Positions 48,541 to 61,740 of a stretch of 64,000 nucleotides of DNA are shown here, in pieces. The notes beneath the pieces are model-generated. The model saw only the letters and a list, made by a program, of their open reading frames with translations. It made no database searches and was not told the origin of the DNA. Origin of the DNA: Octopus sinensis (Eukaryota); NCBI RefSeq assembly GCF_006345805.1, contig NC_043025.1, positions 11,036,001 to 11,100,000 of the forward strand, given 5' to 3'. Position 1 is the stretch's first letter. Each line of letters opens with the position of its first letter. A program made the position numbers and the translations under genes.

Positions 48541-48868
48541 GAAATTCGACCAGATGTTACATTCTTCACAGATACCCTTTGAAAAGCACACGCCGTCAGC
48601 ATCGGGGATGATGACAACGACAAGGGGAGGCAGCTCCAACGAAGTGTGTGTGCTAGATGACAGCGTCATCATTGTAGACGATGACGACGGAGACAACGAC
48701 AATGATGACTGCTGTATTTGTGAAGAAGGTAGTGGTGGTGGTAGAAGAACCAACAGAAGAGGCAGAATTAACAGTGGTCATGAGAGTCACACCAGCATCC
48801 CCGAAAACCGAAGGATCGTCGTCATGGTGAAAGTGGAGCTGGAAGTGAAGCGTTTCGAGATGAATTAT
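48541..48868 (+). CDS. NFATC2IP: NFATC2IP-like coding exon 5 (SIM-like VIIVDDDD and start of SUMO-like domain 1)
   Basis: Long pyrimidine tract then ctgccag acceptor, TAT|gtaagt donor; phase 2 in, phase 0 out; ends RRIVVMVKVELEVKRFEMNY. Confidence 0.85.
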
Positions 48869-49214
48869 GTAAGTATTTCACAGGAGTGGCTGTGTGGTAA
48901 GTAGCTTGCTAACCAACCACATGGTTCCGTGTTCAGTCCCACTGCGTGGCACCTTGGGCAAGTGTCTTCTGCTATAGCCCCGGGCCGACCAATGGATTGT
49001 GAGTGGATTTGGTAGACGGAAACTGAAAGAAGCCTGTCGGATATATGTATATATATATATGTGTGGCTGTAGTCTAAGAAGCTTGCCTACCAACCACATG
49101 GTTCTGGGTTCAGTCCTGTCACGTGGCACCTTGAGTAAGTGTATTCTACTATAGCCTTGGGCCAACCAAAGTCTTGTGAATGGATTTGGTAGACGGAAAG
49201 TGAAAGAGGCCCGT

Positions 49215-49248
<34 letters not shown>

Positions 49249-49574
49249 TTTGTGTGTTTGCGTTTGTCCCCCTAGCATTGCTTGACAACCGATGCTGGTG
49301 TGTTTACGTCCCCCGTAACTTAGCAGTTCGGCAAAAGTGACCGATAGAATAAGTACTGGGCTTACAAAAAATAAGTCCCGGGGTCGATTTGCTCGACTAA
49401 AGGCGGTGCTCCAGCATGGCCGCAGTCAAATGACTGAAACAAGTAAAAGAGAAAGAGAAAGAGACTATCTAGATATAGACGCATGAGTGGCTGTGTGGTA
49501 AGTAGTTTGCTTACCAACCACATGGTTCCGGGTTCAGTCCCACTGTGTAACACCTTGGGCAAGTGTCTTATTAT

Positions 49575-50228
49575 TTCTTTTTTACCCACAAGAGGCTAAA
49601 CACAGAGGGGATAAACAAGGACAGACAGAGGGATTAAGTCAATTACATCAACCCCAGTGCGTAACTGGTACTTAATTTATCACGCCCGAAAGGAGGAAAG
49701 GCAAAGTCGACCTCGGCGGAATTTGAACTCAGAAAGTAGCGGCAGACGAAATACCTATTTCTTTACTACCCACAAGGGGCTAAACACAGCGGGGACAAAC
49801 ATGGACACACAAACGGAGTAAGTCGATTACATCGACCCCAGTGCGTAACTGGTACATAATTTATCGACCCTGAAGGGATAATAGGCAAAGTCGACCTCGT
49901 CGGAATTTGAACTCAGAACCTAACGGCAGACGAAATACAGCTACGCATTTCGCCCGGCATGCTAACGATTCTGCCAGCTCGCCGATAAAGTAAGTACCAG
50001 TTATGCACTGGGGTCGATGTAATCGACTTAATACCTATGCCTGTCCTTGTTTTTCTTCTCTCTCTGTTTAGCCCCTTGTGGGCAGTAAAGAAATAGGTAC
50101 TTAATTAATCGACTCCGAAAGGATGAAAGGCATAGTCGACCTCGGCGGAATTTGAACTCAGAACGTAGCGGCAGACGAAATACGGCTACGCATTTCGCCC
50201 GGCATGCTAACGATTCTGCCAGCTCGCC
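49575..50228 (-). mobile_element. tRNA-derived SINE family C, tandem and inverted pieces (also 350-570 +, 9300-9655 -, 28060-28230 +)
   Basis: Head ggcgagctggcagaatcgttagc...gagttcaaattcc. Confidence 0.75.
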
Positions 50229-50353
50229 GCCTTTTTAAATTATGATGTTAATTCCCTTATGTCTTTAATTCCTAGGGTTTTGTTGCCCCTTTTTTTTTGA
50301 CATCAAAAACTAAGCCCATCTTTCATTCCTTGTTTGTCTGTGACTCCTTTCAG

Positions 50354-50498
50354 AACGATACCTTCTGCCAGCTTTTCGCTGATCTGGCCCGCGATCTCCA
50401 GGTGACAGAGGACCGTTTGATCCTGCTACTCAACGATACCACCATCCACCAGAATGAGTCTCCAGCCTCCGTTCAGCTACGGGTATCCGACATCTTAG
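50354..50498 (+). CDS. NFATC2IP: NFATC2IP-like coding exon 6 (SUMO-like domain 1 core)
   Basis: NDTFCQLFADLARDLQVTEDRLILLLNDTTIHQNESPASVQLRVSDIL aligns by eye with NFATC2IP SLD1; acceptor cctttcag, G|gtaaat donor; downstream exons not found in the window. Confidence 0.88.
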
Positions 50499-50826
50499 GT
50501 AAATGTTTCTTGCTGTGTTTGTTGTTGTCTTTTTTTTACTTGTTTCAGCCCATTAAGCTGCGCCCATACTGGGGCAGTGCCTTGATGGGTTTACTTATAG
50601 GAAGCGACCCTACTCTTACTCTTTTACTTGTTTCAGTCATTTGACTGCGGCCATGCTGGAGCACCGCCTTTAGTCGTGCAACTCGACCCCGGGACTTATT
50701 CTTTTTTGTAAGCCCCGTACTTATTCTATCGGTCTCTTTTTGCCGAACCGCTAAGTGACAGGGATGTAAACACACCAGCATCGGTTGTCAAGTGATGTTA
50801 GAGGGAACAAACACAGGCACACAAAC

Positions 50827-50858
<32 letters not shown>

Positions 50859-53062
50859 CATCATCATCATCGTTTAACATCCGTTTTCCGCGCTAGCACG
50901 GGTTGGACGGTTCGACCGGGGTCTGGGAAGCCAGGGGCTGCACCAGGCTCCAGTCTGATCTGGCAGTGTTTCTACAGCTGGATGCCCTTCCTAACGCCAA
51001 CCACTCCGGAGTGTAGTGGGTGCTTTTTACGTGCCACCTGCACAGGTGCCAGGGGAGTCCGGCATCGGCCACGATTGGTTGGTGCTTTTAACGTGCCACT
51101 GGCACGGAAGCCAGCCAAGGCGGTGCTGGCATCGGCACGTTCGGATGGTGCTTTTTATGTGCCACCGGCACAGAAGCCAGTCAAGGCGGCGCTGGCATCG
51201 GCCTAAGAACAGAAATAAATGAGTGAAGAACAAATATATAGTCATCATCATCATCGTTTAGCGTCCGTTTTCCATGCTAGCATGGGTTGGACGGTTCTAC
51301 TGGGGTCTGTGAAGCCAGAAGGCTTCATCAGGCCCAGTCAAATCTGGCAGTGTTTCTACGGCTGGATGCCCTTCCTAATGCCAACCACTCCGTGATGTGT
51401 AGTGGGTGCTTTTTACCTTACTATCTCCTCCTCATCATCATCGTTTAACGTCCGCTTTCCATGCTAGCATGGGTTGGACGGTTCAACTGGGGTCTAGGAA
51501 GCCAGAAGGCTGTACCAGGCCCAGTCTGATCTGGCAGTGTTTCTACAGCTGGATGCCCTTCCTAACGCCAACCACTCCGTGAGTGTAGTGGGTGCTTTTT
51601 ATGTGCCAGACGAGGCTGGCAAATGGCCACGATCGGATGGTGCTTTTTACGTGCCACCGGCATGGAGACCAGATGAAACTGGCAATGGCCACAATCAGAT
51701 GGTGCTTTTTACATGTCACGTTCAGATGGTTCTCTTACGTGCCACCAGCACTGGTATCACAGCTACAAATTCCATTGATGTTGATCTGATAATTAAATTA
51801 ATAACAGAAGAAATCACATCTACCGACCGATGCCGGACCCCTCCCCCCGCACCGTGCAGGTGGCACGTAAAAAGCACCCACTACACTCGCGGAGTGGTTG
51901 GCGTTAGAAGGGCATCCAGCCGTAGAAACTCTTCCAGATCAGACTGGAGCCTGGTCGAACCGTCCACCCGTGCTAGCGCGGAAAACAGACGTTAAACGAT
52001 GATGATGAGGAGAGATAGTAAGGTAAAAAGCACCCACTACACTCACGGAGTGGTTGGCGTTAGGAAGGGCATCCAGCTGTAGAAACTCTGCCAGATCAGT
52101 CTGGAGCCTAGAGCAGCCCCTGGCTTCCCAGACCCCAGTCGAACCGTCCAACCCGTGCTAGCGCGGAAAACGGACGTTAAACGATGATGATGAGGATGAT
52201 GTAGTAAGGTAAAAAGCACCCACTACACTCGCGGAGTGGTTGGCGTTAGGAAGGGCATCCAGCCATAGAAACTCTGCCAGATCAGACTGGAGCCTGGTGC
52301 AGCCTTCTGGCTTCCCAGACCCCGGTCGAACCGTCCAACCCATGCTAGCATGGAAAACGGACGTTAAACGATGATGATGATGAGGAAGAGATAGTAAGGT
52401 AAAAAGCACCCACTACACTCACGGAGTGGTTGGCGTTAGGAAGGGCATCCAGCCGTAGAAACTCTGCCAGATCAGACTGGAGCAGCCTTCGGGCTTCCCA
52501 GACCCCGGCCGTCGAAACCGTCCAACCCATGCTAGCATGGAAAACGGATGTAAACGATGATGATGAGGAGGAGGAGGTAGTAAGGTAAAAAGCACCCACT
52601 ACACTTGCGGAGTGGTTGGCGTAGGAAGAGCATCCAGCCGTAGAAACTCTGCCAGATCAGACTGGAGCCTGAAGCAGCCTTCGGGCTTCCCAGACCCCGG
52701 TCGAACCGTCCAACCCATGCTAGCGCGGAAAACGGACGTTAAAACGATATGATGAGGAGGACAAGTAAGGTAAAAAGCACCCACTACACTACACTCACAG
52801 AGTGGTTGCGTTAGGAAGGGCATCCAGCCGTAGAAACTCTGCCAGATCAGACTGGAGCCTGGAGCAGCCCCTGGCTTCCCAGACCCGGTCGAACCGTCCA
52901 ACCCGTGCTAGCACGGAAAACGGACGTTAAACGATGATGATGATAATGATGATGAAGGATAGAGTCAACTGTTGATAAGTCCTAAATGGAACAGCCCTGT
53001 TATCACTTAGCTGGTACAGCACTGATCACTAGGCTGATTCTGTAGCTATAGAATATATAGAA

Positions 53063-53432
53063 CTAGCAGTATCGCCTGGCGTTGCTTGGGTTTGTAAGGG
53101 AAATAACTATAAAGCATTTTTAGAGAGTTATAGCCAAAAAATAGCAAAAGATGGAAAAAAATGATGGTAAATTTTTTTTTTAGTTAAAAAAGGTGGAGTT
53201 GTTGTCCCCTAGACAGTTTGCGGCTTGTGTTTCTGATTCTCGACCCCATGTCGAATTTATCGATTTTTTTCAGAACTGGGGGAACTTTTCAAAATTTTCG
53301 CTGCGTTAGTTTTGAATTATGACATTGGGCTATGTGTGTGTCAAGTTTCATCAGAATCGGTTGAAAGCCGTGGTCAGGGTGAGGGTACAAGAAAACAGAC
53401 GCACAGACAAAGTGCCGTTATATAGAGAGAGA
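53063..53432 (-). mobile_element. Chimeric Helitron (copies also at 57285-57653 and partial at 63057-63215)
   Basis: 3' part matches the 42350 family, 5' part matches the 20973 family. Confidence 0.75.
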
Positions 53433-54264
53433 TTGAGAAGAACAATCCATTGTTGAAAGCAGTAGGAATATCAAGTACTCATATGATGCTTTCTCACCTT
53501 CCATAATCAAGCTTCCTTTTTTGGTGTGGCTCTCTCTTGATACCTTGTTTGTTTGAAATTTCGAAAACAATGACAAGATCCAGTTGTATACTACTACTCA
53601 ATACAGAAATGTGGTAGCTTGACCTTCTAGTAAAAACAACAAAAAATCGGGCGAAGTTTCGCTTGTCGTAGCACAAGTTTCCGTCGATTTCCGTAAAAAG
53701 CTTTTATTTTTTTACATATGGGCTTGCGGGAACTTTTGAAGTAATGAGAGCGAAAGAGACTAAGAGGAAGCGAATTTATGACGAGGAAATTTCTCTTTGA
53801 AGTCCCCGTGTGTGTGTTTGATGGGGTGTGGGAGACAGACAGTATGTTGTGTAAGTGAAGTGCTTCTGTTAGTGCGTGTGAAAGACAGAGTAATGTGTGA
53901 AAGAGAGAGATAACTAAAAAATTTTACTCGGTGTATGTGTATATGTATGTCTGCATGTAGTGTGTGTGTATGTATCTATGTATATGTGTATGTATGTATG
54001 TATGGCCGATCAGTGTTTACATTTTTTACGGAAATCGACAATCGACGGAGGAAATCTACGGAAACGTGTGCTACGACAAGCGAACATCACCAAAAATCGC
54101 CTTAATCATGTCCCACAATCAAGAACAGGTTGAATAATGTAGTTCTAAATATACAAATGACGTGATGATAACATTTACTGAAGAACACAATAGGTCTCCT
54201 CAAGCGCAGCAGGTTGTTCTGAAATCCAATTACATGGCTTGTAATAAATCCTTGTACAAAGTAC

Positions 54265-55400
54265 AGGAGTGGTTGTGTGGTAAGTAGTTTGCAAAAATGC
54301 CTAAATGGCATATTATATGAAATAAGTAGTTTGCTAACCAACCACATGGTTCTGGATTCAGTCCCACTGCGTGGCATCTTGGGCAAGTGTCTTCTGCTAT
54401 GGCCCTGGGCCGACCAATGCCTTGTGATTGATTGGTATTGGTAGATGAAACTGAAAGAAGCCCATCGTATATATGTATATATATGCAGGAGTGGCTGTGT
54501 GGTAAGTAGTTTGCTAACAACCACATGGTTCTGGGTTCAGTCCCACTGTGTGGCATCTTGGGCAAGTGTCTTCTGCTATAGCCCTGGGCCGACCAATGCC
54601 TTGTGAGTGGATTTGGTAGATGGAAACTGAAAGAAGCCTGTCATATATATGTATATATATGCAGGAGTGGCTGTGTGGTAAGTAGTTTGCTAACCAACCA
54701 CATGGTTCTGGGTTCAGTCCCACCACGTGGCACCTTGGGCAACTATCTTCTACTATAGCCCTGGGCCGACCAATGCCTTGTGAGTGGATTTGGTAGATGG
54801 AAACTGAAAGAAGCCCATCGTATATATGTATATATATGCAGGAGTGGTTGTGTGGTAAGTAGCTTGCTTACCAACCACATAGTTACGGGTTCAGTCCCAC
54901 TGCGTGGCACCTTGGGCGACTATCTTCTACTATAGCCCTGGGCCGACCAATGCCTTGTGAGTGGATTTGGTAGATGGAAACTGAAAGAAGCCCATCGTAT
55001 ATATGTATATATATGCAGGAGTGGTTGTGTGGTAAGTAGCTTGCTTACCAACCACATAGTTACGGGTTCAGTCCCACTGCGTGGCATCTTGGGCAACTAT
55101 CTTCTACTATAGCCTTGGACCGACCAATGCCTTGTGAGTGGATTTGGCAGACGGAAACTGAAAGAAGCCCATCATATATATGTATAAATATATGTGTGTG
55201 TGTGTTTTTGTGTCTGTCTGTCCCCAAAACATCGTTTGACAACCGATGCTGGTGTTTTTACGTCCCCGTAACTTAGCAGTTTGGCAAAGAGAGAGCAATA
55301 GAATAAGTACTAGGTTTACAAGAATAAGTCCTGGGGTCATTAGCTCGACTAAATGCGGTGCTCCAGCATGGCCACAGTCAAATGACTGAAACAAGTAAAA
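54265..55400 (+). repeat. Same SINE-head array, 5 units
   Basis: Unit starts at 54485, 54661, 54838, 55015 plus a leading unit. Confidence 0.9.
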
Positions 55401-58400
55401 CAGACTGTATATACGTATGCAGGCGTGGTTATGAGGTGAACAGAAATAAATGAGTGAAGAACAAATATATAGTCATCATCATCATCGTTTAGCGTCCGTT
55501 TTCCATGCTAGCATGGGTTGGACGGTTTCTACTGGGGTCTGTGAAGCCAGAAGGCTTCATCAGGCCCAGTCAAATCTGGCAGTGTTTCTACGGCTGGATG
55601 CCCTTCCTAATGCCAACCACTCCGTGATGTGTAGTGGGTGCTTTTTACCTTACTATCTCCTCCTCATCATCATCGTTTAACGTCCGCTTTCCATGCTAGC
55701 ATGGGTTGGACGGTTCAACTGGGGTCTAGGAAGCCAGAAGGCTGTACCAGGCCCAGTCTGATCTGGCAGTGTTTCTACAGCTGGATGCCCTTTCTAACGC
55801 CAACCACTCCGTGAGTGTAGTGGGTGCTTTTATGTGCCAGACGAGGCTGGCAAATGGCCACGATCGGATGGTGCTTTTTACGTGCCACCGGCATGGAGAC
55901 CAGATGAAACTGGCAATGGCCACAATCAGATGGTGCTTTTTACATGTCACGTTCAGATGGTTCTCTTACGTGCCACCAGCACTGGTATCACAGCTACAAA
56001 TTCCATTGATGTTGATCTGATAATTAAATTAACAGAAGAAATCACATCTACCGACCGATGCCGGACCCCTCCCCCCGGCACCGGTGCAGGTGGCACGTAA
56101 AAAGCACCCACTACACTCGCGGAGTGGTTGGCGTTAGGAAGGGCATCCAGCCGTAGAAACTCTTCCAGATCAGACTGGAGCCTGGTCGAACCGTCCAACC
56201 CGTGCTAGCGCGGAAAACAGACGTTAAACGATGATGATGAGGAGGAGATAGTAAGGTAAAAGCACCCACTACACTCACGGAGTGGTTGGCGTTAGGAAGG
56301 GCATCCAGCTGTAGAAACTCTGCCAGATCAGTCTGGAGCCTAGAGCAGCCCTGGCTTCCCAGACCCCGTCGAACCGTCCAACCGTGCTAGCGCGGAAAAC
56401 GGACGTTAAACGATGATGATGAGGAGGATGTAGTAAGGTAAAAAGCACCCACTACACTCGCGGAGTGGTTGGCGTTAGGAAGGGCATCCAGCCATAGAAA
56501 CTCTGCCAGATCAGACTGGAGCCTGGTGCAGCCTTCTGGCTTCCCAGACCCCGGTCGAACCGTCCAACCCATGCTAGCATGGAAAACGGACGTTAAACGA
56601 TGATGATGATGAGGAAGAGATAGTAAGGTAAAAAGCACCCACTACACTCACGGAGTGGTTGGCGTTAGGAAGGGCATCCAGCCATAGAAACTCTGCCAGA
56701 TCAGACTGGAGCAGCCTTCGGGCTTCCCAGACCCCGGTCGAACCGTCCAACCCATGCTAGCATGGAAAACGGATGTTAAACGATGATGATGAGGAGGAGG
56801 AGGTAGTAAGGTAAAAGCACCCACTACACTTGCGGAGTGGTTGGCGTTAGGAAGAGCATCCAGCCGTAGAAACTCTGCCAGATCAGACTGGAGCCTGGAG
56901 CAGCCTTCGGGCTTCCCAGACCCCGGTCGAACCGTCCAACCCATGCTAGCGCGGAAAACGGACGTTAAACGATGATGATGAGGAGGACATAGTAAGGTAA
57001 AAAGCACCCACTACACTCACAGAGTGGTTGGCGTTAGAAGGGCATCCAGCCGTAGAAACTCTGCCAGATCAGACTGGAGCCTGGAGCAGCCCCTGGCTTC
57101 CCAGACCCCGGTCGAACCGTCCAACCCGTGCTAGCACGGAAAACGGACGTTAAACGATGATGATGATGATGATTATGAAGGATAGAGTCAACTGTTGATA
57201 AGTCCTAAATGGAACAGCCCTTTATCACTTAGCTGGTACAGCACTGATCACTAGGCTGATTCTGTAGCTATAGAATATATAGAACTAGCAGTATCGCCCG
57301 GCGTTGCTCGGGTTGTAAGGGAAATAACTATAAAGCATTTTTAGAGAGTTATAGCCAAAAAATAGCAAAAGATGGAAAAAAATGATGGTAAATTTTTTTT
57401 TTAGTTAAAAAAGGTGGAGTTGCGTCCCCTAGAAGTTTTGCGGCTTGTGTTTCTGATTCTCGACCCCATGTCGAATTTATCGATTTTTTTCAGAACTGGG
57501 GGAACTTTTCAAATTTTGGCTGCGTTAGTTTTGAATTATGACATTGGGCTATGTGTGTGTCAAGTTTCATCAGAATCGGTTGAAAGCCGTGGTCAGGGTG
57601 AGGGTACAAGAAAACAACGACGCACAGACAAAGTGCCGTTATATAGAGAGAGATTGAGAAGAACAATCCATTGTGAAAGCAGTAGGAATATCAAGTACTC
57701 ATATGATGCGTTTCTCACCTTCCATAATCAAGCTTCCTTTTTTGGTGTGGCTCTCTCTTGATACCTTGTTTGTTTGAAATTTCGAAAACAATGACAAGAT
57801 CCAGTTGTATACTACTGCTCAATACAGAAATGTGGTAGCTTGACCTTCTAGTAAAAACAACAAAAAATCGGGCGAAGTTTCGCTTGTCGTAGCACAAGTT
57901 TCCGTCGATTTCCGTAAAAAGCTTTTATTTTTTTACATATGGGCTTGCGGGAACTTTTGAAGTAATGAGAGCGAAAGAGACTAAGAGGAAGCGAATTTAT
58001 GACGAGGAAATTTCTCTTTGAAGTCCCCGTGTGTGTGTTTGATGGGGTGTGGGAGACAGACAGTATGTTGTGTAAGTGAAGTGCTTCTGTTAGTGTGTGT
58101 GGAGAGACAGAGAGTAATGTGTGAAAGAGAGAGATAACTAAAAAATTTTGCTCGGTGTATGTGTATATGTATGTCTGCATGTATGTGTGTGTGTATGTAT
58201 CTATGTATATGTGTATGTATGTGTGTGTGTATGTATGTATGTATGGCCGATTCAATGTTTACATTTTTTACGGAAATCGACAATCGACGGAGGAAATCGA
58301 CGGAAACGTGTGCTACGACAAGCGAAACATCACCAAAAATCGCCTTAAATCATGTCCCACAATCAATAGAACAGTTGAATAATGTAGTTCTAAATATACA

Positions 58401-58504
58401 AATGACGTGATGACAATGTTTACTGAAGAAACAATAGGTCTCCTCAAGCGCAGCAGGTTGTTCTGAAATCCAATTACATGGCTTGTAATAAATCCTTGTA
58501 CAAA

Positions 58505-61500
58505 GGTACAGGTGGGTTGTGGTAAGTAGTTTGCAAAAATGCTAAATGGCATATTATATGAAATAAAGTAGTTTGCTAACCAACCACATGGTTCTGGATT
58601 CAGTCCCACTGCGTGGCATCTTGGGCAAGTGTCTTCTGCTATGGCCCTGGGCCGACCAATGCCTTGTGAGTGGATTTGGTAGATGGAAACTGAAAGAAGC
58701 CCATCGATATATGTATATATATGCAGGAGTGGTTGTGTGGTAAGTAGCTTGCTTACCAACAACATGGTTCTGGATTTAGTCCCACTGCGTGGCATCTTGG
58801 GCAAGTGTCTTCTGCTATGGCCCTGGGCCGACCAATGCCTTGTGAGTGGATTTGGTAGATAAACTGAAAGAAGCCCATCGTATATATGTATATATATGCA
58901 GGAGTGGCTGTGTGGTAAGTAGTTTGCTAACCAACCACATGGTTCTGGGTTCAGTCCCACTGCGTGGCATCTTGGGCAAGTGTCTTCTGCTATGGCCCTG
59001 GGCCGACCAATGCCTTGTGAGTGGATTTGGTAGATGGAAACTGAAAGAAGCCCATCGTATATATGTATATATATGCAGGAGTGGCTGTGTGGTAAGTAGT
59101 TTGCTAACCAACCACATGGTTCTGGGTTCAGTCCCACTGCGTGGCATCTTGGGCAAGTGTCTTCTGCTATAGCCCTGGGCCGACCAATGCCTTGTGAGTG
59201 GATTTGGTAGATGGAAACTGAAAGAAGCCTGTCGTATATATGTATATATATGCAGGAGTGGTTGTGTGGTAAGTAGTTTGCTAACCAACCACATGGTTCT
59301 GGGTTCAGTCCCACTGCGTGGCATCTTGGGCAAGTGTCTTCTGCTATGGCCCTGGGCCGACCAATGCCTTGTGAGTGGATTTGGTAGATGGAAACTGAAA
59401 GAAGCCCATCGTATATATGTATATATATGCAGGAGTGGTTGTGTGGTAAGTAGTTTGCTTACCAACCACATAGTTACGGGTTCAGTCCCACTGCGTGGCA
59501 TCTTGGGCAACTATCTTCTACTATAGCCCTGGGCCGACCAATGCCTTGTGAGTGGATTTGGTAGATGGAAACTGAAAGAAGCCTGTCGTATATATGTATA
59601 TATATGCAGGAGTGGTTGTGTGGTAAGTAGTTTGCTTACCAACCACATAGTTACGGGTTCAGTCCCACTGCGTGGCACCTTGGGCAACTATCTTCTACTA
59701 TAGCCCTGGGCCGACCAATGCCTTGTGAGTGGATTTGGTAGATGGAAACTGAAAGAAGCCTGTCGTATATATGTATATATAGCAGGAGTGGTTGTGTGGT
59801 AAGTAGCTTGCTTACCAACCACATAGTTCCGGGTTCAGTCCCACCGCGTGGCACCTTGGGCAACTATCTTCTACTATAGCCCTGGGCCGACCAGCCTTGT
59901 GAGTGGATTTGGTAGATGGAAAACTAAAGAAGCCTGTCGTATATATTATATATGCAGAGTGGCTGTGTGGTAAGTAGCTTGCTTACCAACCACATGGTTC
60001 TGGTTCAGTCCCCTGCGTGGCATCTTGGGCAAGTGTCTTCTGCTATGGCCCTGGGCCGACCAATGCCTTGTGAGTGGATTTGGTAGATGGAAACTGAAAG
60101 AAGCCCATCGTATATATGTATATTATGCAGGAGTGGCTGTGTGGTAAGTAGTTTGCTAACCAACCACATGGTTCTGGGTTCAGTCCCACTGCGTGGCATC
60201 TTGGGCAAGTGTCTTCTGCTATGCCCTGGGCCGACCAATGCCTTGTGAGTGGATTTGGTAGATGGAAACTGAAAGAAGCCCATCGTATATATGTATATAT
60301 ATGCAGGAGTGGCTGTGTGGAAGTAGTTTGCTAACCAACCACATGGTTCTGGGTTCAGTCCCACTGCGTGGCATCTTGGGCAAGTGTCTTCTGCTATTGC
60401 CCTGGGCGACCAATGCCTTGTGATGGATTTGGTAGATGGAAACTGAAAGAAGCCCATCGTATATATGTATATATATGCAGGAGTGGCTGTGTGGTAAGTA
60501 GTTTGCTAACCAACCACATGGTTCTGGGTTCAGTCCCACTGCGTGCATCTTGGGCAAGTGTCTTCTGCTATTGCCCTGGCCGACCAGTGCCTTGTGAGTG
60601 GATTTGGTAGATGGAAACTGAAAGAAGCCCATCGTATATATGTATATATATGCAGGAGTGGCTGTGTGGTAAGTAGTTTGCTAACCAACCACATGGTTCT
60701 GGGTTCAGTCCCACTGCGTGGCATCTTGGGCAAGTGTCTTCTGCTATTGCCCTGGGCCGACCAGTGCCTTGTGAGTGGATTTGGTAGATGGAAACTGAAA
60801 AAGCCCATCGTATATATGTATATATATGCAGGAGTGGCTGTGTGTAAGTAGTTTGCTAACCAACCACATGGTTCTGGGTTCAGTCCCACTGCGTGGCATC
60901 TTGGGCAAGTGTCTTCTGCTATTGCCCTGGGCCGACCAGTGCCTTGTGAGTGGATTTGGTAGATGGAAACTGAAAGAAGCCCATCGTATATATGTATATA
61001 TATGCAGGAGTGGCTGTGTGGTAAGTAGTTTGCTAACCAACCACATGGTTCTGGTTCAGTCCCACTGCGTGGCATCTTGGCAACTATCTTCTACTATAGC
61101 CCTGGGCCGACAATGCCTTGTGAGTGGATTTGGTAGATGGAAACTGAAAGAAGCCCATCGTATATATGTATATATATGCAGGAGTGGTTGTTGTGTAAGT
61201 AGCTTGCTTACCAACCACATAGTTACGGGTTCAGTCCCACTGCGTGGCACCTTGGGCAACTATCTTCTACTATAGCCCTGGGCCGACCAATGCCTTGTGA
61301 GTGGATTTGGTAGATGGAAACTGAAAGAAGCCCATCGTATATATGTATATATGCAGGAGTGGTTGTGTGGTAAGTAGCTTGCTTACCAACCACATAGTTA
61401 CGGGTTCAGTCCCACTGCGTGGCATCTTGGGCACTATCTTCTACTATAGCCTTGGACCGACCAATGCCTTGTGAGTGGATTTGGCAGACGGAACTGAAAG

Positions 61501-61740
61501 AAGCCCATCATTATATATGTATAATATATGTGTGTGTGTGTTTTTGTGTCTGTCTGTCCCCAAAACATCGTTTGAACAACCGATGCTGGTGTGTTTACGT
61601 CCCCGTAACTTAGCAGTTTGGCAAAGAGAGAGCAATAGAATAAGTACTAGGTTTACAAAGAATAAGTCCTGGGGTCAATTAGCTCGACTAAATGCGGTGC
61701 TCCAGCATGGCCACAGTCAAATGACTGAAACAAGTAAAAC
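58505..61740 (+). repeat. 177-bp satellite made of SINE-B heads, 17 units, the last continuing into a full SINE tail
   Basis: Unit starts at 58723, 58898, 59075, 59252, 59429, 59606 ... 61353 plus a leading partial unit. Confidence 0.92.

Noticed and set aside
54170-54250. Possible hammerhead (CTGAAGA...GAAA) in the triplicated block
   Set aside because: Helix III has a mismatch at 15.2-16.2, helix I pairs only if H17 is G, and helix II is poor; treated as chance
53430-54260. NFATC2IP SLD2 exon in the unique segments of the triplicated block
   Set aside because: No convincing acceptor, phase-1 open frame or ubiquitin-fold similarity
58313-61275. Long ORFs (333 aa, 231 aa and others) in the 177-bp array
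   Set aside because: Unit length is a multiple of 3, so frames stay open; repetitive translation with no domain
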